This document shows, one piece after another, positions 24,054-36,795 of a DNA stretch of 64,000 nt. A program made the translations under genes and the position numbers. Origin of the DNA: Basidiobolus meristosporus CBS 931.73 (taxonomy: Eukaryota; Fungi; Basidiobolomycota); contig MCFE01000046.1 of assembly GCA_002104905.1 (NCBI GenBank), positions 124,001 through 188,000 on the forward strand. Reading direction: 5' to 3'. A model generated the notes under the pieces. That model did not search any database and had not been told where the DNA came from. It worked only from the letters and a program-made list of their open reading frames with translations. Numbering within the stretch: the stretch's first letter is position 1; each line of letters begins with the position of its first letter.

Positions 24054-25058
24054 TTAGAGGCCATTCACGTTCAAGAGAAGGTTGGAGCCACCTTGTTGGG
24101 AGGGAAGGTAGGTGACGTTGCGAGCGGCGCCCAAGGTTCCGGCGATCTCTCTGGAGGCTTCGATGCGACGCAACTCGATCAAGCCGGCACCAGCCTTGTT
24201 CAAGGCGTTGTTGATGGTCTCGGCGGCTTGGGCTTCACCCTCGGCACGGATGATGGCAGCTTGCTTCTCCTGCTCGGCCTTCTCCACAACGAACTTGGCT
24301 CTCTCGGCCTCCTGTTGGGCAATCTGCTTCTGTTCGACGGCGTGGGTGAACTCGCGTCCGAAGGTCATGTGGGTGATGGAGACATCTTCGAGCTCGATGT
24401 TGAACTCTCTGGCTCTCTTCACCAGTTCCTCACGGATTCTGGAGGAGACCTGTCAAGAAATGGGTGGTGAGCAAACGAGCGTACGAATCATGGTGGGATG
24501 GGTTGGAGGAAAGAAGAGAGGGGAGACGAGGACTTACGATCTCACGCTGAGTAATCAATTCACCAGCATCGAATTGGGCCACGACAGCCTTGAGGATTTC
24601 GTTACCGATAGAGGGCAACACTCTCTCGTCGTAATCAAGACCCAACGATTGGTAGATCTTGGGGAGGTGTTTGTTGTTGGGTCTGTGGAGGACACGAAGA
24701 GTCAAGCTGACGGTTTGCATGTCCTTGGAACCGGTGGTGGTGGAGATGCTTCTGGGCTTGGTGCGGACATCATAGATAATGGCGCGTTGGAGCCAGGGGA
24801 CGAGGAAATGGGTACCTTCGCCAACCACCTGGGACTTGACACCCTGAATACGATCGAAAATGACGGCTTGGTATCCACCCTTGACTACAAATGCAGAGGC
24901 GAGATTAGACAACCGAACCCGCTACCACGCTGACAACCCAAGGGCTAAAAGAACTTACCGTCATACATGGAGTAGTTGACGAAGGTGGCGGCAGTACCAA
25001 GACCGATGGCGAGCTTGGAGACTTTGCTGAGTGCAGAGGTAGCAGCAGAGGAGGCCAT
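24054..25058 (-). CDS. PHB1: Prohibitin 1 (3 exons)
   Basis: [67 protein letters not shown]; GT-AG introns keep the frame. Confidence 0.97.
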
Positions 25059-25371
25059 GATTAAACAGGGAGCAGTGGTGAAAGTGTAGAATAGAGCAGT
25101 TGGGAACTGGCGAGGCTATCAAGTAAAAATTTGAATATCCGTAGCCCAAAACCAGGGTGCGGAATAATTTTTGGGGGACCCTGGACCGGGAGAAAGAAAT
25201 CGGGTGGATGAATGGCACAAATGATGGAGGTTTATTTCACTGGCGAAAAAATCCGATAGTTTACAAGGGGGATTCAGGTAATCTCGATTCGAGGCGATCA
25301 TCAATGGCCGTCTCTCAGCCAATGGGGGGGGAGGGTGACTCGATTCGGTCGAAGCAACGCTTTGGGATAAA

Positions 25372-26148
25372 CTACTCGGTCATGTCGTTGGAATTGGTGC
25401 TCTCTCTCGATTGAGGGCTCTTGATTTTGATCGTGCGGATCAATTTGATGGAGTTGATGTCGCTGTCCCATTGACGTAGGGTTTTCACGTTTTTGGCGAT
25501 GGTCAGGTCAGGAATCACTGCAGAGCGTGTGGTGGAGGGGGATTTAGCAAATATAGTCCCGGGTGGTACATCTGGATGCAAGCTTACCGAAGCCATTGTT
25601 GAATTCCTCGGTCTCCTTCTTCTTGAGGATCATGATCAGATCCTCTCTAGCAGCCTTTGGTCGTGGCTGTCCCGGGCGGTGCATAGCCTTTAGCTGCTCC
25701 AATTCTTCATCATTTCGATTTATATACCTATGAGGGAGGTTTAGTTCGCTCTGTGACAACCAGTTCAGGCAAAACCACTCACATCTCAATGAACTCCGCC
25801 AATTGCTCTCGGGTAGCAGTCTCTTGCTCCTCGTCCAACACCCAGCGGAACCACAGATATCTCTCAACTATTCTCGTTAGCCTCCATTCGGCACTCTGTT
25901 TCCCAGGAAATGCTCGGGCTTACCAGTAGGATTCGCTTGGTTCAACCAGTCACTCTTGCGTTTGTCGAGTTTATCCTGACGCAGATGGATGCGGTTGATC
26001 TGCAAGGCTTTGCGCGAGTAAGGGTGAGCCTTATCCTTTCCCTTGACTGTTTTCAGGGTTTTTCTCTTGTTGTTAGGCTAAAGGACGTAAGATGGCGTGA
26101 ATATTGGCAACATGCGTCGAGGGGGTGTCTGCTTCGATTACGAACCAT
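25372..26148 (-). CDS. TMA16: Translation machinery-associated protein 16 (60S biogenesis factor), multi-exon
   Basis: MPNNKRK..HPYSRKA, YINRNDEELEQL, EEFNNGF/VIPDLTIAKNVKTLRQWD; ATG-only first exon at 26146-26148. Confidence 0.85.
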
Positions 26149-26675
26149 ACTGTCTCGGGGCTCGCTAAGAAATGCTCAGGGATCTGGCCAAGGGAAGCGC
26201 CTTGTCAAGCAAGTGACCGTTTTCTAGGTTTTTTTTCTCGCCGCCCTTCGAGCGGGTTTTTTTCCACTTAATATGGAAGAACGATCAACGATTCACGTAT
26301 CGAATTCATCTGGATTAATCAGTGAACATTCTCGATCAGGAATTGATCCGCATGATTCATTGTCCTTGTTCCCAAGGTTTTGTTCCCCCTGAAACATGCC
26401 TTTGGATGGAACAAGGTGTGCCCCACCGTTGTGTGCCGCAAGGAACAAAGACTGTGCGACAGTGTAAAGAAGCAAGCATGTTTATTCAAGGGCATGGAAA
26501 TTACATCTGAACTGACCATCTGGTTATGTACATGTGCCAAAATTGTTACATTAGGCCAGCGGGTGTGGGTCGCTCATTTAATTTACTGTTACATCCATGG
26601 ATGGTGTGGTGATTCTACGAATGATTGAAAATGAAGCTCAACGGTTGCATGGGTTGAATGTTATGCGAAGGTTGC

Positions 26676-27869
26676 CTAGACCGAACTTCTGACTCCAAGT
26701 GGATTCTTGGAAAAGCTTAGACGGATCCCCCCCTTGATCGAATTGCTAAGATAGTGACCTTGTAGCTCTTGAAGGCTGTGGGTGGCATATTGGATATCAT
26801 CAAACTCAACAAAGCACATGGGGCCAGCGTGTGGCTTCATTCGGAAGCAGAGTCGCTTGTAGCCAGGCTGGAGAGTGAAAAGTTGTCGAAGCTCTTCTTC
26901 CATGGTGCTCATAGGGAGGTTTCCGACATACAACGTATTGCACGGGGGGTTCTGATCGCCAGCATTGATCCTGGTTGGTGGCGTGGTGAGAGAAGGGTTG
27001 GAGGTAAAGGAAGGGAGCGATGAAGACAGTCCTGCGTCGCTACCAGATGAGGCGGAGAATGAGAAATGATCACTGGTGGGAGAGGCGTTCACGCTACCGA
27101 ACAGCATACTCTGTTGATCAAAGGCAGTGGATATGTTGAATTTTGGGAACGAAAAGGAAGTCCCGACACCATCGAAATTCGCAGGGGCTGATGCGGATCT
27201 CTTGGGATTGTAGCCTACAACCCTTGATGCGGCCGAGGTCAAGGGGCCATTTATCTCGTCTAGGTTCATATCAAACGGATCGTCATCGTAAGATGGAGAC
27301 GAGGAAAGCAGGCTGGATGTTTCGTGCTCCAGACAGAAGTCATGGACTGGCAGCTGGGGGGAAAGAAGGCCAGCAGGAAGTATAGGGCCCCCGGGAAACA
27401 ATGCATCAAATACACCGCCACCAAACTTCTTCTTGATGGAGCCGTGGATTCCGTTGGGGGCCAAAGCCTGAGCCAAGCTGGTGGTTGAGCTGATGAAAGC
27501 TCCCTCGGGAGTGCTCATTTTCTTGATAAGAAGATTCTTTTTTGCCATCTCTGCCTTGAGAATGCATCCGCGCTCGTTATCCACTTTCTTCCCGCTGAGG
27601 ATGTCCCGGGCCTGAAGGGCCTCGAGTCTGGAACGGAATTTCGCGAAGCCGATCTATAAGGGGTGGGGGTTAGAGACAGCAGGAACGAAAATCTCAACAA
27701 TGCCGCTTACAATTTGCTTGCGAGCCTCAAGCTCGTTTCCCAGAGGGAATTTCAGTGTCGCCCCCTCAAATCCCGGAGAAAAAATGAACATGTTCTGGAA
27801 TTCACGGTCCTGTATATCCTCGGGGAAGCCAATCACGAAAATGGTGGTGATTTCTTCGCTTTGATTCAT
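26676..27869 (-). CDS. Two-RRM RNA-binding protein, Whi3/Whi4/Scw1 (RBPMS-like) family
   Basis: [33 protein letters not shown]; [45 protein letters not shown]; one intron at about 27657-27710. Confidence 0.9.
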
Positions 27870-28808
27870 GGTTTAATGAGTAGGTGTGGTTGAGCGGTGT
27901 TGAAGTGAAGAAGATGATGAAAGTGTGAGTAGAGATGTCCGATCGTGGCTGGTTTTATAGTGCTGGGCAGAGAGTGGTTTCACCCAGGGAATCAAATGGG
28001 CTTCTGTACAATAAAAATCTATTGAAGTAAAGGATCGATGTATATTAGATTACTCCGCTGAAATGAAACAAACCATTATTACGCCTCTGGTCCGAAATCA
28101 GGTTCACACCTTCAACACTGCGTGCATACTCTTGGAAGGTTGTATGATGCACCGCTTGTTAAGCCTCTCGTTGGCGTCAACAAGCACAATGCAAGTGTTG
28201 TGGGGTCACATTGTTTTCTGCTGATCATCGCTTTCCGAGTCCAATCAGCAGCCAGGCTAGGATATTGTCCCTCCCTCATTTAGTTAGCTTTTCGTTGCCA
28301 CCTCGCTGCAGAGCCCATGTCTGCCCTACCTTGCGCTTGTGGAGGTGTAGCTCCATTCTCCCATCTTGTGATGTCCTACTATGTTGTAGAAAGGGGGCTC
28401 TGGATCAGAAACCGGGGAAATTAAGGTGGCTTAGTGTTGCTAGGATACATGCGAGTGTTACCAGAATGTATGCTCTATCCGATAAGTGCCACCAGGGTGT
28501 ATGCTCGATGCGATTGCCATATTGTCCACCCTAGTGCCAATGAGGTGTTGGCCAAACAACAAAATTCCTTTCCCAATGCCCGTAGATACATTGGGAGATG
28601 CAAGTGTAGGCTCTCTGGTATCTAGCAGGCTTCTCCCTAACGAGGGGTAAGTTGGTGTAACCACCTAGATTTGAACCTAGTTTGGTTGACATTCATTGTT
28701 TGATCTGAACTAATGATCGATTTCGAGATGAATATGAATATGATACTCGAAGTGGCGTGTTGCATTCATTTCAACCTATTAAGAAACTAGCACCTCGCAG
28801 GTCCTAGA

Positions 28809-29873
28809 ATGACAGTCGATCCCAAAGATACTTCTACAGCATCACTAACCTCTACCGAAACTCTCTCCACACCGGATAATATCCTCCCCATTGGTAACTT
28901 GGCCGCATCCATCGCTGATTTCCTTCAGCAATTGGAGGGGATTGCTGAGCATGAAATAGAGAAGATCTCGGAGCGACGCAAACTTTGGGAAAAGGAAATG
29001 GATGTGGTGGAAGGTAATATTACGACTTACTTCACTCCACCAAAGCTCGTCTTATCTGATGGAATTCTTCGAACAGCCAGCAATACCCAGTTTCGACACG
29101 AACTCCGAGAGCTTAAAGACCGAGAAAAACTCTATTCCGAACGTAGGTTCTGGTGGTTGTCCTCAGGGTGTATGTGCCCAGCCAACTAACAGTACTGTTT
29201 GGATAGTGCAAGTCGAGGAGTCAAGAGCCCTCTCTGAACTAAAAACCGACCTCTTAAACTTGAAGAAACGCCAAGAGGAAGTCAAATTTAACATGGACGA
29301 GCTCAGACTTCGAATTGAGCTGAAACGGGATGCCATCGCCCGAAAGAAAGAAGGTACCTCTTGAAAGAGACTTGGGAACACACTGGCAGTGCATTTTATT
29401 TATACTGGGTATTTAGAAAGAGCTGAAGTGTTAGAGGCTTTGCGACTACAGCGGAAGAGAAACCAGCTGCGATTGAACGCTTGTGAGGACTCTACATGCA
29501 TGAGAATCTACGGAGCGCAAGGTACGGAAGCCCATACCACCAAGCAGTTCCCCCGTACTCAAGGAATTGGCCTGTATTGTTAGAGGATAAAATCACGTTC
29601 ATCTTTACTGAAATCCGGGAGGACAAGCCGCATCGTGAGCATGCATTTACAGTCGATGTGAGCCAAGAACAGTATCAAGGTACATGACCTTGGTCTTCTA
29701 CGAAAGCCGATTCTAGGCTAACCTTCTGCCCAGTGACAGAATGTTTTCCACGTCTGAAAGAGCTTGACCAGATCGTCGAATGGGTCAACACAACAGGTGA
29801 TTTCTATACATTTCTCAAGAAAATGCGGGCATCTTTTGCGAAGAATAGTAGGAAACGCAACCAACTGAAATGA
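28809..29873 (+). CDS. SPC25: NDC80 kinetochore complex subunit Spc25, multi-exon
   Basis: N-terminal coiled coil; C-terminal DKITFIFTEI.EDKPHREHAFTVDVS..Y/VTECFP.L..LD..V...N.TGDFYTFLKKMR.SF. Confidence 0.85.
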
Positions 29874-30091
29874 AATCCTTCATCAGAATCTGAAGCATAT
29901 CTGCTTGCCCCACCAGCACACCTTCACTAGGTCGACAGATTCCAGAGTATGGGATGCGTATATATCTTGATTAAAGACATGCGGAAACCTTTGTTTATTA
30001 ACTCATTATAGAGAATGCAATTTGATCGCTGTTCGGGTTATCAATTTTCACCTAACGAACAAACGAGGGCAATGATGTGGGTGACGGTTAC

Positions 30092-30499
30092 TTAATGGTG
30101 TTCACCATGGGCATGGGTGTCTTGGTGGTGCTCTGGCAAAACAGAAGAAGCGGGTTAGTTAGTGACACAGTGGGGGAACTTTCAGGCACCAGAAAACTTA
30201 CTGTAGTGAAGACCAATATGAATGGCACCAACAAGGAGCATAGCATGAATGAAAGGAGTGAAAGAGGCGTTCTCTCCTTCCCAATATTTGGCACGATAAC
30301 GAGCAAGCAATCCGCGAGGCTTGGTGGCTTCAGCAGCTCCCTTGGGGATTCTCTTGTAGAAATCGACCAAACCGCTCAAATCGCCACTGCTGGACTCAGC
30401 CTTGGGGGTGGCGGACTTGACAGCAGCACCAAGATTGGGAGGGATGTAGGATCTAGTAGAGTAGGCTCTACGAGCAACAGTACCAATGACAGAATTCAT
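30092..30499 (-). CDS. ATP17: Mitochondrial ATP synthase subunit f (2 exons)
   Basis: IPPNL, LVDFYKRIPKG, LARYRAKYWEGENAS.TPFIH, TM, spliced His-rich tail YKHHQDTHAHGEHH*. Confidence 0.9.
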
Positions 30500-30845
30500 G
30501 TTGAAGTTTGAGCAAATGTCAGAGAAGAGCAAGGTAAAACCTACAAGTATCTGAAGCACTGAGCTTTGTGGAATTCAAATGATATTTCCCTTTCTAATCA
30601 ATATCCTACTCGCACATCTGTGGGGAAGCAATACTATGTTTGGGGGCCATATTTAGATTTGATGGCTCTTTACCTATCACACCAGCTACAGGCGGCCATA
30701 TACAGCTTTTGGGGTAGATGCAATTGTCATGGAGCCCAACCCTAACCCTAGTTCTAAACACGAATGCGTAATTTCATGCTTATCTTGATGCGTATTTGCG
30801 TGTTTATTAGGATTCTTCATTGATGATGGGCATTTATGGAATTAC

Positions 30846-33800
30846 CTAAGAGGAGGATGGTGGTGGTAGTGGTGATGGCGGTGGAAGAGACGTTGGGTCG
30901 GAAGCAGAGGTTGTAGTGAATGAACACTGGTGACCACAGCCTGTAGGGCATGTGGAGTTCTCTTTAAACCATTCCTGCATATGTAGAAGGTGGCCGCCAT
31001 GGCTGCAGCCTTGGCACCAAACATAGAGCCCCCGAACGGTTTGATGACTAGTTTGACAGAAGTTAGCTACGAGGCCAAGCCAGCAGAGGAATGTGGATTC
31101 TACCATAAAGAGCAGGGGTTCAAAAGCTTTCTGCACTTGTCGCACACCCAGTAGCCATGCTTGGAGTTGAGTAAAGGCTTGAAGCAATAATTACAGCTGG
31201 TATGTATCGTGGTGGATTCCTGTAAGTGGTTTAGCAAAAAAGTCGAGGCATTAACAGCGTTGATCAGAAAGGACCATACTTGGCTTTGCTGTCTGACGGA
31301 CGCAAGCTTGCAGGCCAAGCGAACAGCCGCCGCAGCAGACCACAGCTTGAAGCGGTGCAGTAGATCTGTAAATAGTCCAGTTAGGGCTTGTTGCGGATTG
31401 TTCACGAGGAATGCGCCACCTACCAATATAAGACCAGAACCACTGCTCTTCTAGACTGAATTGATGCTTGATATGCTTGTCCAATACGAGGAGTAGGGTC
31501 ACACACATTTGGACATCTCCCTAAGTGGGGTCTAGTTAGTAATAATGTGCTTGGTTCGCAGGACTTGCTACTAGTGATTACCTTTTCACCGTAATACTCC
31601 ATCAAATTGTTGAGGATGGCCTCTTGTCCCCATTCAAGATCAGGCTCTTCCGTAAGCGCAAAGGTGTTCACCACCGTTTCGGAATTGGTTCTTGTCTCGC
31701 TCTTGAAGGGCTTTGTAAGCAAAGAGTCGCTGTCATCGCTCTCACTATCCGAGTCGCTTTCAAGCGTGTCATAAAGGTCCGAGTTCTAGAAAGAAGTGTT
31801 AGCGTAGAGTTGACATACGTGAGATGTGAGCTTGCCTCGATCCACTGCGACTCCTCGGTCAGCTCGCTGTTGGCCATGGTTGGTAGTATCTGGATTTTGA
31901 TGTTGGCCTTTTGGTCTGAGTTGATGAAGCGTCAGTCGGTCACTCAATCAAGATGAAGGCCAGGTGAGCTTACCAAGTGGAGAGGATGCAGGCGAATAGC
32001 TTTTCCCCTCGGCGACCGTTTCCTTTGGTTTGGATGCTGTTGCATACAGCATCTGGATGATCTTCCAGGTTTGAGCAGTGCGGAATTGCTGTGTGAAATG
32101 GGCGACCTTTGCGTTGTGCTCGCAAGCTTCCCATAGATTATCAGACGATATCTCGTAGTTCTCCGCCATAAATATGAAGCTTTCGTAATCGAACGTGGGA
32201 AGGTGTATGATTCCGGTGTTCTGGCACTGGGAAGACTGGGAAAGCCAGGGGTTACTAAGGGAGAGGGGATCTGCGGGGCCGGAACACGACCTACCTGCTC
32301 CGTCATCTCGGAGGTTCTTCGGGTAGTCTTCTTTAGAGGAGATGTCCCCAGGACAAGCCGGAAGCTAGATGAACCAATCAGTACACATCGACGCTACATA
32401 CCAACAAGACGACCTTACCCATCATCCGCAACGCTCTTGTCTTCTGTGGTAAATGCCACGTCACCGTAAGCGTTCCAGCCAAGACTAGATGTGCTGAGCA
32501 GGTCTAACGGCTGCACCGCATTGCGAACGTCGTGGCGAATGAAGTTCCTGTCCTTGGAGCAGGACCAGAGGACATCCGGCCCACGCCATAAGAACCCTGA
32601 GCAGAAGGTTAGGCCTCACTGGAACCACAATAGCCCATGTAACTCATACCAGTAGCAACGTTCTCGTGGTCATCCAGGAAGAATTTGGCGATGTAAGGGC
32701 GGCGGATATCCTGGACGACGATTCGATTGTCAGTATTGAGCGCGCACGATGCGATATGATACTCGTGACCGGGCCTCCATTGCACCCGCGCCACACTGGC
32801 GATAGTTTGGATGTACGCTTGAGGCTTGCGCCCATCAGACTTCATGTCCCAAATCTTTTACAAAGCGATCAGTAGTCTGGAACAGGTGGTGGGCGGACAA
32901 TGCGTACCTTGATCATTTTGTCTCGTCCCCCGCTCGCCACAAATCTCCCATCCGAATGCCAGTCAACAGACAACGCAATCCCATAGTGAGCGCTGATCTT
33001 TTTCTCGAACACACTCGGGTTCCGTATGTCCCATTTCTAGAGAAGCTTGATCAGCACAGGTCGCGGCGCACTTTCAACCATCGACACACACCTGTATGGT
33101 TCCGTTCTCGAACGCCGCGATGAACTCCGTGGGGTTCAGCGGGTTGAATTGCACGTCACGCACGCTCTCGGACTTGCCATGAAAGGTAAACTTCGAGGCG
33201 GCTTTTTCCCTCAGATCCTATGAGATAGATGTCAGCTCCAGCCGTACTCTCTTCCTCCGTTGCTTCTTACCCAGAGCCTCATGGTGGAATCCTGCGATGC
33301 GCTTATCAAAACGAAGCCGGAACTACTCTCGTATGAAATGCGGTTAACCGCTCTAGAATGCTCCGATATGACCCGCTCTGAAGCGAAAACACTAGCCGTT
33401 AATACCGTGGCAACGTTGGCGGGTAGCCTATGTACCTATTTTCTGGCCAGTCCGGTTCAGGTCCCATAGAAGAATCGCGCCGTTGGTGGCTGCGGTCGCA
33501 ATCTTACCCCTTGATACTGAACGGGTGATTGGTTTGCATGTCAGCTAGATGGGGGTATTGGAAGTTTATTTACGTACACCATTTGACGTCGTTGATGCTG
33601 AAGTTCAGATTCAATTTGCTCCCGGCCCGAAGGTTCAGCACTTCAGTTGCCTCCTGTTCGGTCACGCTTAAAATCTTCAACACTGTTTGCCCAGAAGAGA
33701 TGCGTCAATAAAGCACAACTGTGGTAAAGCCTGTTATGTTTTTAACCTTCACGCCCCGCAATTACCACCTGCTCTTGGTCAGGGCAGGCGGAGAGGGCGG

Positions 33801-33930
33801 TGAGCGCCCCGTTGGAATTGAACGATATCGGGCTTTTCCAGCTTGTGGAGAAATCGGAGGAATAGGTTGTTGGCAGGGGTTTTGTGTCGGCAAATCGATT
33901 GTACAGCTGACTTTGAAAAGGAAGCATCAC
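30846..33930 (-). CDS. RTC1: GATOR2/SEACAT WD40 subunit WDR24/Sea2/Rtc1, many exons; start uncertain (up to about 34060)
   Basis: VVIAGRE.LKIL, EHSRAVNRI, SASQDSTMRLWDLR, SESVRDVQF, AH.G.ALSVDW, SGGRDKMIKVWD, WDIRRPYI-type; C-terminal C..C and VWCQGCSHGGH..H..EWF....CPTGCGH.C RING. Confidence 0.92.
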
Positions 33931-34249
33931 ACCAGTCTACAGTAAAGAAGCATCCACAGGAAGCGTCTACACGCTGACCATCCAGATAAATTGGAAATCG
34001 CCAAATTGTTCCATCATCTGGGCCATAGGCAACCTTATGGCATTTAATGACCATGGGCTTACCATATCAGTGAATCATGCTTGGTGGGAATGATTTAACT
34101 TGTTTAAATGTATTTAGGGTTCAATGTCTATGTATATACAGCAAACAGCAAACAGCAAACAACCAAAGAGATATCACACAACAAATGAGCATCACTCAAC
34201 AATTGGCCATCACTCCAGATCGTTGTCAGGTTGCGCCCCGTAATTCATG

Positions 34250-35042
34250 TCATACTGCTGAGGCTGCCAGTCGTTGTTTGCTGCCGCGTGGGGCAGACGG
34301 GCTCCATCGGGCAATTTGAACGGCGGGAAGGGGTTGTAGTTGGAATACTCTGGTGCTTGTGCCTGAGTGTCCATCATCTTTCTGGGCTTTCGGGACATCC
34401 ATGACTCGGCTTTGAGGATCATTCGGGTTCCCTGTGCCCCCGTAGATGGAGTTAAGCCCACGGCTGCGCTCGAGCATATCCGCCTCAGTATTTGCCAGCT
34501 TCGAGTTAAAGGCCTCGATAGCTTTCGTGAGTAGCCCGTTGAGACGCTGCGCTGAAGAAGTCCTCGGCGTTGGAAACGGAGACAGATCTGGTGCTGAGGG
34601 AACCGGTCTATTTGTCTGTAGTCGAGCCCATCAGTATCCACCTGCATGGACATCTATTCGGGAATGCAAAACTCACCTGCTGTGGTTTGAGGAAATGATC
34701 GGCAACTGTGGCGAGGTACGTCAGATTGGATTGCAGCCGAGATTGATAACTATTCGCAAGTGAAAAAGTGAGTTTAAAACTACCCCTTGACGACGCTACT
34801 TTCTCTACAAATTACATTGCGAATTCAGGGTCGTTTACCCAGCCTTTGTTCTGGAAATCCACGCAGACGCGGATGAGCTCCGAATTGATGTCCAACACCT
34901 AAGAAAGTGGAGAGAGAACGGTTGGTCAATGTTACGATTGTTACAACGAGCCGCTTGGGAGTATTGCGGGTACCATTTGGACATTTCGAGCGCTGAATTC
35001 CGGTAGTAGACTCGGCTGATACTCCTGTTGCTCCGGCTCCAT
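34250..35042 (-). CDS. SSXT-domain protein (SS18/Snf11-like SWI/SNF subunit), 4 exons; C-terminus uncertain
   Basis: Spliced MEPEQQ...[22 protein letters not shown]...[20 protein letters not shown] matches the SS18 N-terminal motif. Confidence 0.8.
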
Positions 35043-35261
35043 GTTGTTGTTAGGCGAGGAACCTTGGCCGCTCGTGTTTATTATGAAATCGGAAAGGATC
35101 AATCAGCAAGGCAACTGAGATTGGACCCAAAAATCAGCCGTGAAAAATCAGGGGCGAGCTCCGCATCACCATTGGTCAGGGAGGAATTTTTCTCTACTTT
35201 AATAACGGATTTCATGTCAGGAGACCCTTCTCTTTCTCTTTCGAAGTCGTACTGCGAAAAC

Positions 35262-35432
35262 ATGGCTCACGAAAACGTTTGGAACTCCCGCCCCCGTCAA
35301 TACGGTAAAGGTTCTCGTCAATGCCGCGTGTGCACCCATCGCGCCGGTCTCATCCGTAAATACGGTTTGAACGTCTGCAGACAATGCTTCCGTCAATATG
35401 CTTCTGACATTGGTTTCGCCAAGTACCGTTAA
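35262..35432 (+). CDS. RPS29: 40S ribosomal protein uS14 (S29), intronless
   Basis: [52 protein letters not shown]. Confidence 0.97.
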   Translation: MAHENVWNSRPRQYGKGSRQCRVCTHRAGLIRKYGLNVCRQCFRQYASDIGFAKYR

Positions 35433-35766
35433 ACCACTCAGTAGTCGTTTTGCTCCGACTTCCGATCATAAACCTTTTGTGTAGCTTTCCTTTAAACTCG
35501 CAAAATAAAAACCTTCGGATAATTCGTCGTACCTTTCACATTGCATTCCACTATTATGTGCAAGGAGTGACCATCGTTGGCAATGGATGTGTAGTGCAAC
35601 AGGATAGATATCAGCGCGAGCCGAGGAAACACAGACGCAGGTGGATTCGATTAATATTTTTGAGATTTTTATTTCACTGCATTTAGAAAGATTGCTAGCC
35701 AAATCCAAAGCATCATATACTGGATGATTGGCACTAGCTCCATGTGCACATCGCGAAAGACTAGTA

Positions 35767-36428
35767 CTAACGGTTGCCTGCGAGGGGAAAAACATGGTTA
35801 GCAAGCTATCGATCACACGGGAAACGAACTGCAACATACTCTTGGCAACACGCTCCAACTCGTCCTTCTTCTTGATGGCGTAGCTGTTGGAGGAGCCCTT
35901 GGCAGCGTTGATGAGTTCATCAGCCAAGCACTCGGCGATGGTCTTGACGTTTCTGAAGGCAGACTCACGAGTGCCGGTGGTCAAGAGGTGAATGGCCTGG
36001 TTGACTCTTCTCAAAGGAGAAACATCAACGGCCTGTCTACGGACAGTACCGGAGCTACCGATACGGGTAGAGTCTTCACGTGGGCCACTGTTGATGATGG
36101 CGTCGATGAGGACTTGGATGGGGTTCTGGTCAGTGAGAAGGTTGATAATCTCAAAAGCGTGCTTGACAATGCGGACGGCCATGAGCTTTTTGCCGTTGTT
36201 GCGACCGTGCATCATGAGGGAGTTGGTCAAACGCTCGACAATAGGGCATTGGGCCTTTCTGAACTTCTTGGTGGCGTATCTACCGGCGGTGTGAGGCAAG
36301 TAGACGGGGGCTCTCACTTGGAGGTAGTCGGTCAAAGAGATGTCCTTGATCTCAAGATCTTCGTAGGACCACTTGTTGAAGAGCTGAATGCCCTGAGCAT
36401 CCCCAATGATTTCAGCAGGAAGAGCCAT
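35767..36428 (-). CDS. RPS5: 40S ribosomal protein uS7 (S5); terminal intron 35778-35839; a short upstream exon is possible
   Basis: [65 protein letters not shown]. Confidence 0.98.
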
Positions 36429-36795
36429 GTTCCGGTATGCCTTCATAAGCAACTTGGTTAGTATGCGCGTAGAGGATGGATGTACGGCGACTATGGCTGT
36501 TCATGTCAACTGTACCGTTAGCTAAAGGAAGTTAAACCCGACAGGAAAGGAGGATCCGGTCAGATTTCGCGGTGTATTTTGTTCATTGAGATTCCGATTT
36601 TTTTACCCAGCCAATCACTTAGGACTGCATCTCACCATCATCATCATCCTAGGCATTGTTCTTATTTCTCCGAGAGTCGGTAGACACAAGAGGCTTGTGC
36701 AACCACATGGGCTATATTTTACCTTGGGTCGAGTGATGAGTGATGAGTGATTGCACTGGTCTCGATTTCGTTTTTTCCTCTTCCGTTTTTCTGAC

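Noticed and set aside
26241-26263. Hairpin plus T-tract resembling a bacterial intrinsic terminator
   Set aside because: Only a 4-bp stem; lies in a eukaryotic promoter with poly-T tracts upstream of TMA16.
28571-28597. Small hairpin TCCCAATG...CATTGGGA in the Whi3-SPC25 intergenic region as an ncRNA
   Set aside because: A single 8-bp stem without box C/D, H/ACA or tRNA features. No tRNA or rRNA gene was recognised anywhere in the window.
30092-30135. His-rich ATP17 tail as a novel metal-binding tag
   Set aside because: His-rich C-termini are usual in fungal subunit f.
30735-30750. Telomere-like CCCAACCCTAACCCTA
   Set aside because: Fewer than three units and internal; could be a promoter motif but is unsupported.
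31790-31915. Apparent frameshift in RTC1/WDR24
   Set aside because: An alternative AAG acceptor 8 nt downstream restores the frame, so it was not counted as an indel.
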